A stretch of 64,000 bases of DNA, from contig CM082598.2 in the NCBI GenBank assembly GCA_040954595.2, positions 8,757,097 through 8,821,096 on the forward strand, in the 5' to 3' direction. The notes below the pieces were generated by a model, which saw only the letters and a program-made list of their open reading frames with translations, ran no database searches and had not been told where the DNA came from. The position numbers were made by a program, and so were the translations under genes. Shown here in pieces: positions 1-10,439 of the stretch. Every line of letters starts with the position of its first letter. Within the stretch, counting starts at the first letter, position 1. This stretch comes from Balanoglossus misakiensis. Taxonomy: Eukaryota; Animalia; Hemichordata.

Positions 1-3000
1 AATGGCGGCAACAAACTCACAGCCCTTATTTCTCCCCTCCAAAGAATGGCGGCAACAAATTTCTCTTCTCCCAAGGATGGCGACAATAAATTCTCTGCCA
101 TCGTTTCTCCCCTCCAGAGAATGGCGGCAACAAACTCTCAGCCCTTATTTCTCCCCTCCCAAAAATGGCGGCTACAAACTCTCAGCCCTTAATTCTCCCC
201 TCCCAATAATGGCGGCAACAAACTCTCAGCCCTTATTTCTCCCCTCCCAAAAATGGCGACAACAAACTCTCAGCCCTTAATTCTCCCCTCCCAATAATGG
301 CGGCAACAAATTCTCTGCCATCATTTCTCCTCTCCCAAAGATGGCGACAATAAATTCTCTGCCATCGTTTCTCCCCTCCAGAGAATGGCGACAATAAATT
401 CTCTGTCATCATTTCTCCCCTCCAAAGAATGGCGACAATAAACTCTCAGCCCTTATTTCTCCCCTCCCAATAATGGCGGCAACAAACTCTCAGCCCTTAT
501 TTCTCCCCTCCCAAAAATGGCGACAACAAACTCTCAGCCCTTAATTCTCCCCTCCCAATAATGGCGGCAACAAATTCTCTGCCATCATTTCTCCTCTCCC
601 AAAGATGGCGACAATAAATTCTCTGTCATCATTTCTCCCCTCCAAAGAATGGCGGCAACAAATTCTAAGCTATCATTTCTCCTCTCCCAAAGATGGCGAC
701 AATAAATTCTCTGCCATCGTTTCTCCCCTCCAGAGAATGGCAGCAACAAACTCTCAGCCGTTATTTTTCCCCTCCCAAGAATGGCGGCAATACATTCTCT
801 GCCATCATTTCTCCTCTCCCAAGAATGGCGGCAACAAACTCTCAGCCGTTATTTCTCCCCTCCCAAGAATGGCGGCAACAAACTCTCAGCCCTTAATTCT
901 CCCCTCCCAATAATGGCGGCAACAAATTCTCTGCCATCATTTCTCCTCTCCCAAAGATGGCGACAATAAATTCTCTGCCATCGTTTCTCCCCTCCAGAGA
1001 CTGGCAGCAACAAACTCTCAGCCCTTATTTCTCCCCTCCCAAGGAAGGCGACAATAAATTCTCTGCCATCGATTCTCCCCTCCAGAGAATGGCGGCAACA
1101 AACTCTCAGGCCCTTATTTCTCCCCTCCCAAGGATGGCGACAATAAATTCTCTGCCATCGATTCTCCCCTCCAGAGAATGGCGGCAACAAACTCTCAGCC
1201 ATCGTTTCTCCCCTCCCAAGAATGGCGGCAACAAACTCTAAGCCCTTATTTCTCCCCTCCAAATAATGGCGGCAACAAAATATCAGCCCTTATTTCTCCC
1301 CTCCCAATAATGGCGGCAACAAATTCCCTGCCATCATTTCTCCTCTCCCAAGGAAGGCGGCAACAAATTCTCAGCCCTTATTTCTCCCCTCCCAAGGATA
1401 GCGACAATAAATTCTGTGCCATCGTTTCTCCCCTCCCAAGAATGGCGTCAACAAATTCTCAGCCATCAGTTCTCCCCTCCCAAGGATAGCGACAATAAAT
1501 TCTCTGTCATCATTTCTCCCCTCCAAAGAATGGCGGCAATAAACTCTCAGCCCTTATTTCTCCCCTCCCAATAATGGCGGCAAGAAACTCTCAGCCATCG
1601 TTTCTCCCCTCCCAAAAATGGCGACAACAAACTCTCAGCCCTTAATTCTCCCCTCCCAATAATGGCGGCAACAAATTCTCTGCCATCATTTCTCCTCTCC
1701 CAAAGATGGCGACAATAAATTCTCTGCCATCGTTTCTCCCCTCCAGAGAATGGCAGCAACAAACTCTCAGCCGTTATTTCTCCCCTCCCAAGAATGGCGG
1801 CCACAAACTCTCAGCCGTTATTTCTCCCCTCCCAAGAATGGCGGCAACAAACTCTCAGCCCTTATTTCTCCCCTCCCAAGGATGGCGACATTAAATTCTC
1901 TGCCATCGTTTCTCCCCTCCAGAGAATGGCGGCAACAAACTCTCAGCCCTTATTTCTCCCCTCCCAATAATGGCGGCAACAAACTCTCAGCCGTTATTTC
2001 TCCCCTCCCAAGAATGGTGGCAACAAACTCTCAGCCCTTATTTCTCCCCTCCCAATAATAGCGACAACAAATTCCCTGCCATCATTTCTCCTCTCCCAAG
2101 GAAGGCGACAATAAATTCTCTGCCATCGTTTCTCCCCTCCAGAGAATGGCGGCAACAAACTCTCAGCCCTTATTTCTCCCCTCCCAATAATGGCGGCAAC
2201 AAACTCTCAGCCGTTATTTCTCCCCTCCCAAGAATGGTGGCAACAAACTCTCAGCCCTTATTTCTCCCCTCCCAATAATAGCGGCAACAAATTCCCTGCC
2301 ATCATTTCTTCTCTCCCAAGGAAGGCGACAATAAATTCTCTGCCATCGTTTCTCCCCTACAGAGAATGGCGGCAACAAACTCTCAGCCGTTATTTCTCCC
2401 CTCCCAAGAATGGCGGCCACAAACTCTCAGCCGTTATTTCTCCCCTCCCAAGAATGGCGGCAACAAACTCTCAGCCCTTATTTCTCCTCTCCCAAAGATG
2501 GCGACAATAAATTCTCTGCCATCGTTTCTCCCCTCCAGAGAATGGCAGCAACAAACTCTCAGCCGTTATTTTTCCCCTCCCAAGAATGGCGGCAATACAT
2601 TCTCTGCCATCATTTCTCCCCTCCCAAGAATGGCGGCAACAAACTCTCAGCCGTTATTCCTCCCCTCCCAAGAATGGCGTCAACAAATTCTCAGCCATCA
2701 GTTCTCCCCTCCCAAGGATAGCGACAATAAATTCTCTGTCATCATTTCTCCCCTCCAAAGAATGGCGGCAACAAACTCTCAGCCCTTATTTCTCCCCTCC
2801 AAATAATGGCGGCAACAAACTCTCAGCCGTTATTTCTCCCCTCCCAAGAATGGTGGCAACAAACTCTCAGCCCTTATTTCTCCCCTCCCAAAAATGGCGG
2901 CAACAAATTCCCTGCCATCATTTCTCCTCTCCCAAGGAAGGCGACAATAAATTCTCTGCCATCGTTTCTCCCCTACAGAGAATGGCGGCAACAAACTCTC

Positions 3001-6000
3001 AGCCGTTATTTCTCCCCTCCCAAGAATGGCGGCCACAAACTCTCAGCCGTTATTTCTCCCCTCCCAAGAATGGCGGCAACAAACTCTCAGCCCTTATTTC
3101 TCCCCTCCCAAGGATGGCGACATTAAATTCTCTGTCATCATTTCTCCCCTCCAAAGAATGGCGGCAACAAATTCTAAGCTATCATTTCTCCCCTCCCAAG
3201 GATAGCGACAACAAATTTTCTGCCATCGTTTCTCCCCTCCCAATAATGGCGGCAACAAACTCACAGCCCTTATTTCTCCCCTCCAAAGAATGGCGGCAAC
3301 AAATTTCTCTTCTCCCAAGGATGGCGACAATAAATTCTCTGCCATCGTTTCTCCCCTCCAGAGAATGGCGGCAATACACTCTCAGCCCTTATTTCTCCCC
3401 TCCCAAAAATTTCGGCAACAAACTCTCAGCCCTTAATTCTCCCCTCCCAATAATGGCGGCAACAAATTCTCTGCCATCATTTCTCCTCTCCCAAAGATGG
3501 CGACAATAAATTCTCTGCCATCGTTTCTCCCCTCCAGAGAATGGCAGCAACAAACTCTCAGCCGTTATTTTTCCCCTCCCAAGAATGGCGGCAATACATT
3601 CTCTGCCATCATTTCTCCCCTCCCAAGAATGGCGGCAACAAACTCTCAGCCGTAATTTCTCCCCTCCCAAGAATGGCGTCAACAAATTCTCAGCCATCAG
3701 TTCTCCCCTCCCAAGGATAGCGACAATAAATTCTCTGTCATCATTTCTCCCCTCCAAAGAATGGCGGCAACAAACTCTCAGCCCTTATTTCTCCCCTCCC
3801 AATAATGGCGGCAACAAACTCTCAGCCGTTATTTCTCCCCTCCCAAGAATGGTGGCAACAAACTCTCAGCCCTTATTTCTCCCCTCCCAATAATGGCGGC
3901 AACAAATTCCCTGCCATCATTTCTCCTCTCCCAAGGAAGGCGACAATAAATTCTCTGCCATCGTTTCTCCCCTACAGAGAATGGCGGCAACAAACTCTCA
4001 GCCGTTATTTCTCCCCTCCCAAGAATGGCGGCCACAAACTCTCAGCCGTTATTTCTCCCCTCCCAAGAATGGCGGCAACAAACTCTCAGCCCTTATTTCT
4101 CCCCTCCCAAGGATGGCGACATTAAATTCTCTGTCATCATTTCTCCCCTCCAAAGAATGGCGGCAACAAATTCTAAGCTATCATTTCTCCCCTCCCAAGG
4201 ATAGCGACAACAAATTTTCTGCCATCGTTTCTCCCCTCCCAATAATGGCGGCAACAAACTCACAGCCCTTATTTCTCCCCTCCAAAGAATGGCGGCAACA
4301 AATTTCTCTTCTCCCAAGGATGGCGACAATAAATTCTCTGCCATCGTTTCTCCCCTCCAGAGAATGGCGGCAATACACTCTCAGCCCTTATTTCTCCCCT
4401 CCCAAAAATTTCGGCAACAAACTCTCAGCCCTTAATTCTCCCCTCCCAATAATGGCGGCAACAAATTCTCTGCCATCATTTCTCCTCTCCCAAAGATGGC
4501 GACAATAAATTCTCTGCCATCGTTTCTCCCCTCCAGAGAATGGCAGCAACAAACTCTCAGCCGTTATTTTTCCCCTCCCAAGAATGGCGGCAATACATTC
4601 TCTGCCATCATTTCTCCCCTCCCAAGAATGGCGGCAACAAACTCTCAGCCGTAATTTCTCCCCTCCCAAGAATGGCGTCAACAAATTCTCAGCCATCAGT
4701 TCTCCCCTCCCAAGGATAGCGACAATAAATTCTCTGTCATCATTTCTCCCCTCCAAAGAATGGCGGCAACAAACTCTCAGCCCTTATTTCTCCCCTCCCA
4801 ATAATGGCGGCAACAAACTCTCAGCCGTTATTTCTCCCCTCCCAAGAATGGTGGCAACAAACTCTCAGCCCTTATTTCTCCCCTCCCAATAATGGCGGCA
4901 ACAAATTCCCTGCCATCATTTCTCCTCTCCCAAGGAAGGCGACAATAAATTCTCTGCCATCGTTTCTCCCCTACAGAGAATGGCGGCAACAAACTCTCAG
5001 CCGTTATTTCTCCCCTCCCAAGAATGGCGGCCACAAACTCTCAGCCGTTATTTCTCCCCTCCCAAGAATGGCGGCAACAAACTCTCAGCCCACATTTCTC
5101 CCCTCCCAAGGATGGCGACATTAAATTCTCAGCCCTTATATCTCCCCTCCCAAGAATGGCGGCAACAAACTCTCAGCCATCGTTTCTCCCCTCCCAAGAA
5201 TGGCGGCAACAAACTCTCAGCCCTTATTTCTCCCCTCCCAATAATAGCGGCAACAAATTCCCTGCCATCATTTCTCCTCTCCCAAGGAAGGCGACAATAA
5301 ATTCTCTGCCATCGTTTCTCCCCTACAGAGAATGGCGGCAACAAACTCTCAGCCGTTATTTCTCCCCTCCCAAGAATGGCGGCCACAAACTCTCAGCCGT
5401 TATTTCTCCCCTCCCAAGAATGGCGGCAACAAACTCTCAGCCCTTATTTCTCCCCTCCCAAGGATGGCGACATTAAATTCTCTGCCATCGTTTCTCCCCT
5501 CCAGAGAATGGCGGCAACAAACTCTCAGCCCTTATTTCTCCCCTCCCAATAATGGCGGCAACAAACTCTCAGCCGTTATTTCTCCCCTCCCAAGAATGGC
5601 GGCAACAAACTCTCAGCCCTTATTTCTCCCCTCCCAATAATAGCGGCAACAAATTCTCAGCCATCAGTTCTCCCCTCCCAAGGATAGCGACAATAAATTC
5701 TCTGTCATCATTTCTCCCCTCCAAAGAATGGCGGCAACAAACTCTCAGCCCTTATTTCTCCCCTCCCAATAATGGCGGCAACAAACTCTCAGCCGTTATT
5801 TCTCCCCTCCCAAGAATGGTGGCAACAAACTCTCAGCCCTTATTTCTCCCCTCCCAAAAATGGCGGCAACAAACTCACAGCCCTTATTTCTCCCCTCCAA
5901 AGAATGGCGGCAACAAATTTCTCTTCTCCAAAGGATGGCGACAATAAATTCTCTGCCATCGTTTCTCCCCTCCAGAGAATGGCGGCAATACACTCTCAGC

Positions 6001-6441
6001 CCTTATTTCTCCCCTCCCAAAAATGGCGGCAACAAACTCTCAGCCCTTAATTCTCCCCTCCCAATAATGGCGGCAACAAATTCTCTGCCATCATTTCTCC
6101 TCTCCCAAGGAAGGCGACAATAAATTCTCTGCCATCGTTTCTCCCCTACAGAGAATGGCGGCAACAAACTCTCAGCCGTTATTTCTCCCCTCCCAAGAAT
6201 GGCGGCCACAAACTCTCAGCCGTTATTTCTCCCCTCCCAAGAATGGCGGCAACAAACTCTCAGCCCTTATTTCTCCCCTCCCAAGGATGGCGACATTAAA
6301 TTCTCTGTCATCATTTCTCCCCTCCAAAGAATGGCGGCAACAAATTCTAAGCTATCATTTCTTCCCTCCCAAGGATAGCGACAATAAATTTTCTGCCATC
6401 GTTTCTCCCCTCCCAATAATGGCGGCAACAAACTCACAGCC
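1..6441 (+). repeat. 44-bp tandem satellite array, left segment (domain 1; 999-bp higher-order repeat around 2500-5100)
   Basis: ATGGCG recurs every 44 nt. The private variant aaaatttcggc recurs 999 bp apart (3411/4410), as do ORF-track pairs 2586/3585/4584 and 2806/3805/4804. 999 = 22x44 + one 31-bp deleted monomer. Confidence 0.98.
6430..6441 (+). repeat. Target-site duplication, 5' copy (AAACTCACAGCC)
   Basis: Identical to 11668-11679. The length is 9-12 bp because the three A's merge with the poly(A) tail. Confidence 0.93.
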
Positions 6442-6538
6442 GTGACTGAGCATGCGCGAGTTGGTGCGTTGTTCTGAGTAGTTGGGCTCCTGTGTCGGAG
6501 GTGTTTTGTAGGAGTTCTGTAGTAACTTCATCGACCAA
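6442..6538 (+). promoter_or_regulatory. LINE 5' UTR (97 bp), presumed internal promoter
   Basis: Lies between the 5' TSD and the ORF1 ATG. It begins with G and contains TGAGCATGCGCG (NRF1-like). Promoter function is inferred from L1 biology. Confidence 0.5.
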
Positions 6539-7450
6539 ATGAGTTCTACCGGCTTGGCAAAAGCGCACCAGGGGAAGAAAACGACAGAAGGTAAAGAAAG
6601 AAGAGTTGACGAGATGCTGACAAGAAGTAGAGAACGAACGCAACTCCAGAGTCAGATAATTCAAGATGGCGACCTTACCAGAGTACTGCAGTTGTCACCC
6701 GAAGAACGGAATGAAGTAATTTTGAAGTTACTCTTCCAGATTAAAGAAGATACAGCGAAGGTGGAACCGGTAAGAAAGAAAGTCTTGGAGATCGAAAGTA
6801 AAGTATCTGAGGTGGAAAAATCCCTGGACCATGCATATGAACGTATTGAGGAAACGGAAAAAAGGCAACAACACTTCAGAAACTCCGAAACACTGGTTCA
6901 GGTATTGAAAGACAAAATTGACGTCGTAGAAAACAGAACGGAACAATTGGAGAAGAAAGAAGATGACATGGAGAACAGGAATAGGAGAACGAACTTGAAT
7001 TTTAGAAACTTCCCTGAGAAAATAGAAGGAGAAAATTGTGCGAATTTTATTCGTAATTTTGTCCTCGACCACATGGAGGTACGTGGGCTGCCCGACCACC
7101 TGGCCATTCAGCGTGCATACCGAATTCCTGCCACACCTACAACAGGTGGTAAGCCCAGAATTATCAAGGTGGCCTTTGTCAATGCCGACGACGCCAGGAA
7201 AATTCTATACGCAGCGCCAGGATGCTTGAAGGGAAACAAATTTAAAGGTAACCAAATTTACGTGACGGATGACGTTAGTCGGAAAGTATATGCCGAAAGA
7301 AAGTCACTGCTGCAGTATGGAAGCAAGCTAAAGACGGAAGCAGCGACGAAGAGTTGCTACATTGCATGGAAAGTGCCAGCAACGTTAGTTGTCAAGTACG
7401 AAAATGGCGACAAGAAAGAAATAAGAGTAAAAGACATCCCTGTAATATGA
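6539..7450 (+). CDS. LINE ORF1 protein (L1-type RNA-binding chaperone: coiled coil + RRM + C-terminal domain), 303 aa
   Basis: E/K-rich heptad region followed by L1-ORF1-type motifs MENRNRRTNLNFRNFPE, IQRAYRI, KPRIIKVAF and IYVTDDVSRKVYAERK. The frame is intact and lies upstream of ORF2. Confidence 0.92.
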   Translation: MSSTGLAKAHQGKKTTEGKERRVDEMLTRSRERTQLQSQIIQDGDLTRVLQLSPEERNEVILKLLFQIKEDTAKVEPVRKKVLEIESKVSEVEKSLDHAYERIEETEKRQQHFRNSETLVQVLKDKIDVVENRTEQLEKKEDDMENRNRRTNLNFRNFPEKIEGENCANFIRNFVLDHMEVRGLPDHLAIQRAYRIPATPTTGGKPRIIKVAFVNADDARKILYAAPGCLKGNKFKGNQIYVTDDVSRKVYAERKSLLQYGSKLKTEAATKSCYIAWKVPATLVVKYENGDKKEIRVKDIPVI

Positions 7451-7480
7451 ATTGAATTGAATTGAATTGAATTGAAGTGA
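7448..7480 (+). repeat. (ATTGA)5 pentanucleotide microsatellite starting at the ORF1 stop codon
   Basis: Read directly: TGA ATTGA ATTGA ATTGA ATTGA ATTGA AGTGA. Confidence 0.9.
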
Positions 7481-7851
7481 CTTGCTCTACTTTCATTCAA
7501 GAGCGCATTTTTTGATGTGTTAAATGGAAACATTGTAGGCATTTATTCACTAGTAGTATTCACCTCCGACACTGCGATGGCTAGTGGGTGATTTCTTTTG
7601 TTAACTGTGATCGTCAGTCATTTTTTTTCTTTTCTTTTCCTTTTTCCTTTTTTTTTTGCGCTGATGTTTTTTCGCGCTCTCCTTTTTGGCGTGTGTTTGT
7701 TGGTGTCTTTGTTATTTTTGTTGCCGCTGTTTTGTGTGGCTTTTGTCATTTTTTTCTGCAAAATTGGGAAAAACAACATGTATCAACTTTTTAAAAATAT
7801 TATCCACGTTTCTGAGACTAGTATTATTATTCTCGTAGTCTGGTATTTTCA
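7451..7851 (+). other. Inter-ORF spacer (401 bp) with a T-rich low-complexity tract at about 7590-7760
   Basis: Lies between the ORF1 stop (7450) and the ORF2 ATG (7852) and contains runs such as ttttttttcttttcttttcctttttcctttttttttt. Confidence 0.85.
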
Positions 7852-10437
7852 ATGGATTTCTCGGTATTGACATTTAACGCCAGAGGTCTTCGGTCTTTTA
7901 AAAAGAGGAAAACAGTCGCCTCTTGGATTAATAGCAAAAACCCTGCTTTTACTTTTTTGCAAGAAACTCACAGTCTCAAAGATGATGTGAGAGAATGGTC
8001 ATCCCAGTTTAAAGGCAGATGCTGGTTTTCACATGGTACAAATAATAGCAGAGGTGTGTTAACAATTATCAATCACTCGGATGTCAATATTAATAACACT
8101 GTTCTCGACCCTAATGGTAGGTTTATTTTGATCGAAGCTGAAATTGACAGTGCTTCCTATATTTTATTAAATGTTTATGCACCTAATATTGAAAAGGACC
8201 ACACTTCTTTTTTAGAAGAAATGGTCTGTTTGCTAGAGAAAACTTTTGTTGACCCAGATACTTTCATAATTCTAGGTGGTGATCTGAACTTTGCTCACAA
8301 TGTTAAGCTTGATCGTTCAGGGGGTAATCCAAAACCTTGGGTGAATTCTACCATTCTTCTGGATAAAATCTTAGATATTTTTAATTTGTCTGACATTTGG
8401 CGTATTCGCCATGGGGTTGAGCGTGGCTTCACATGGAGACGGCGCCGGCCCAATATTATGCAAAGTAGGTTAGATTATTTCATTATTTCAAATGACCTTC
8501 AGCAGAATGTGAGTAAGATTCAAATCATCCCTGGAGTAGCTTCCGATCACTCGGCAGTTCTCTTGGTTTGTAACTTTTGTAATTTTAAGCGTGGTCCAGG
8601 CTATTGGAAATTTAATGCCACCTTGGCCCATGACAGCGTATTTAGAACTGAGCTCCAGGAAAACATTGCTGCTTGGACCCAGGATACTAATACTTTAAAT
8701 GACGCTATGCGTTGGGACTATATAAAGTTCAAAATCAGGGATTTTACGATTGACTATGGTAAAAAGCGTGCCAAAATTCGGAGGCAAAAGTTACAGAATT
8801 TAGAGAAGTCAATTAAGTGTTATGATCTTCTTTGCTCAAATTATCCTTGTGATACAAATTATAAGCTTCTTGATTGTGCAAAAGCTGATTTAGAGAAAGA
8901 GTACCAATACATTACTGAAGGCGCAATCATCAGATCCAGAACACAGTGGTATGAGAAGGGCGAAAAGGGTAATTCATATTTTCTGAGATTGGAAAAAGCC
9001 AACAAACGAAGGTCAAGTATTAAAAGCCTCAGAGTGGACGACTATACAACAGTGGATTACCCTCAAGACGTTTTGTGTGAAATTAAGAAGTTTTATTCAA
9101 GACTTTACTCAAAGGGGAACTCCAATGTAAATGAGGTCCATAATTTCCTTGGGCCAAATTTACCAGTGCTGTCCGAGAAGGATAAACTTTCCTGTGAAGG
9201 TCATTTGTCGCCCAATGAAGTGCTCTCTATTGTGTACTCCCTGCCAGATAACAAAAGTCCAGGTAATGATGGTCTTACAAAGGAATTTTACGTGGCCTTT
9301 TGGCCACAGGTGGGGCATTTAGTTGTGAATTCGCTAAATTTTGGCTATAGACAGGGTGAATTTTCCAACTCCCAGAAACAAAGCATCATTACTCTGATTG
9401 AGAAATCTGGTCGGGATCAACAATACCTGAAAAATTGGAGACCGATCTCCTTAATGAATGTAGATATGAAACTTGCTTCAAAGTGTCTTTCTAAACGCAT
9501 GGAAAAGCTTTTACCTCTCCTTATCAGTGAAACTCAATCAGCTTTTGTCAAAGGGAGAAATATTGGGGATTATATTAGATTAATAGATGAAATTTTTCAT
9601 TATACTCACACTGCTGATATACCAGCCATACTTTTGGCCATTGACTTTGAAAAGGCCTTTGATACTGTGAATCTTGAGTATCTTTATTCTGTTTTATCCA
9701 GGTTTAACTTTGGTGAATCATTTATTAACTGGATCAAAGCTTTATACTTTAATATTGAAAGTACAGTAATGAACAATGGTTATACCACTGGATATTTCAA
9801 TTTGGAAAGAGGGGTCCGCCAAGGCGATCCACTTTCACCACTGTTATTTATTCTTGTTTTGGAAACACTGTTACATTCAATTAGACAAAACCAGCAAATT
9901 AGCGGTATCAAAATTGCAAGTTTGGAGATCAAGGAGTCGGCATTTGCTGATGATATGACATGTTTTCTCAGTAATGAAACTTCAGTACATATTTTATTTG
10001 ACATTCTGAAAGTATTTCATGGGGTTTCTGGTTTAAAGGTTAATATCGAGAAGACTGAAGCCATTTGGCTTGGACAATGGAGACATAGAACAGATAGGGC
10101 GTTCGGGGTCAAATGGCCCACCCCCACTATCAAGATTGTGGGTATTCATTTTTCATATAATGAAAATATGGCACAGCGTCGCAATATAGAAACTCCCATT
10201 TCAAACCTTAAGAGTGTCCTTAACATGTGGAAAGAAAGGAACTTGACAATCATTGGGAAGATTCAAGTGATAAAGTCTCTAGCCATTTCTAAGTTAATGT
10301 ATGTTCTTTCACATGGAATCTTTCCCAGTGAGATTATTACTAGAGTTCACAAGATAATTTATCACTTTCTTTGGAATGGGCATGACAGAGTTGGGAGAAA
10401 AATAATGATAGGGGAGGTGGGCCAGGGGGGGGGCTAA
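7852..10437 (+). CDS. LINE ORF2, N-terminal part: APE-type endonuclease + reverse transcriptase (861 aa up to the frameshift)
   Basis: Endonuclease motifs TFNARGL, FLQETH, NVYAPN, GGDLN, SRLDYF and SDHSAV. RT motifs KSPGNDG, WRPISL, QSAFVKGR, IDFEKAFD, GVRQGDPLSPLLF, FADD (9943-9954) and SGLKVNIEK. Confidence 0.96.
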   Translation: MDFSVLTFNARGLRSFKKRKTVASWINSKNPAFTFLQETHSLKDDVREWSSQFKGRCWFSHGTNNSRGVLTIINHSDVNINNTVLDPNGRFILIEAEIDSASYILLNVYAPNIEKDHTSFLEEMVCLLEKTFVDPDTFIILGGDLNFAHNVKLDRSGGNPKPWVNSTILLDKILDIFNLSDIWRIRHGVERGFTWRRRRPNIMQSRLDYFIISNDLQQNVSKIQIIPGVASDHSAVLLVCNFCNFKRGPGYWKFNATLAHDSVFRTELQENIAAWTQDTNTLNDAMRWDYIKFKIRDFTIDYGKKRAKIRRQKLQNLEKSIKCYDLLCSNYPCDTNYKLLDCAKADLEKEYQYITEGAIIRSRTQWYEKGEKGNSYFLRLEKANKRRSSIKSLRVDDYTTVDYPQDVLCEIKKFYSRLYSKGNSNVNEVHNFLGPNLPVLSEKDKLSCEGHLSPNEVLSIVYSLPDNKSPGNDGLTKEFYVAFWPQVGHLVVNSLNFGYRQGEFSNSQKQSIITLIEKSGRDQQYLKNWRPISLMNVDMKLASKCLSKRMEKLLPLLISETQSAFVKGRNIGDYIRLIDEIFHYTHTADIPAILLAIDFEKAFDTVNLEYLYSVLSRFNFGESFINWIKALYFNIESTVMNNGYTTGYFNLERGVRQGDPLSPLLFILVLETLLHSIRQNQQISGIKIASLEIKESAFADDMTCFLSNETSVHILFDILKVFHGVSGLKVNIEKTEAIWLGQWRHRTDRAFGVKWPTPTIKIVGIHFSYNENMAQRRNIETPISNLKSVLNMWKERNLTIIGKIQVIKSLAISKLMYVLSHGIFPSEIITRVHKIIYHFLWNGHDRVGRKIMIGEVGQGGG

Positions 10438-10439
10438 AA

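Noticed and set aside
595-615. CTCF-like motif in the CCCAAAGATGGCGA variant
   Set aside because: Only the AGATGGC half matches. The 5' half deviates and most monomers have the wrong spacing.
6434-6664. Antisense 76-aa ORF over the LINE 5' end (ORF0-like)
   Set aside because: It starts at TTG, its stop lies in the flanking TSD outside the element, and it has no recognisable motif.
7588-7870. Phe-rich, membrane-like ORFs in the inter-ORF spacer
   Set aside because: These are non-ATG starts and by-products of the T-rich low-complexity tract.
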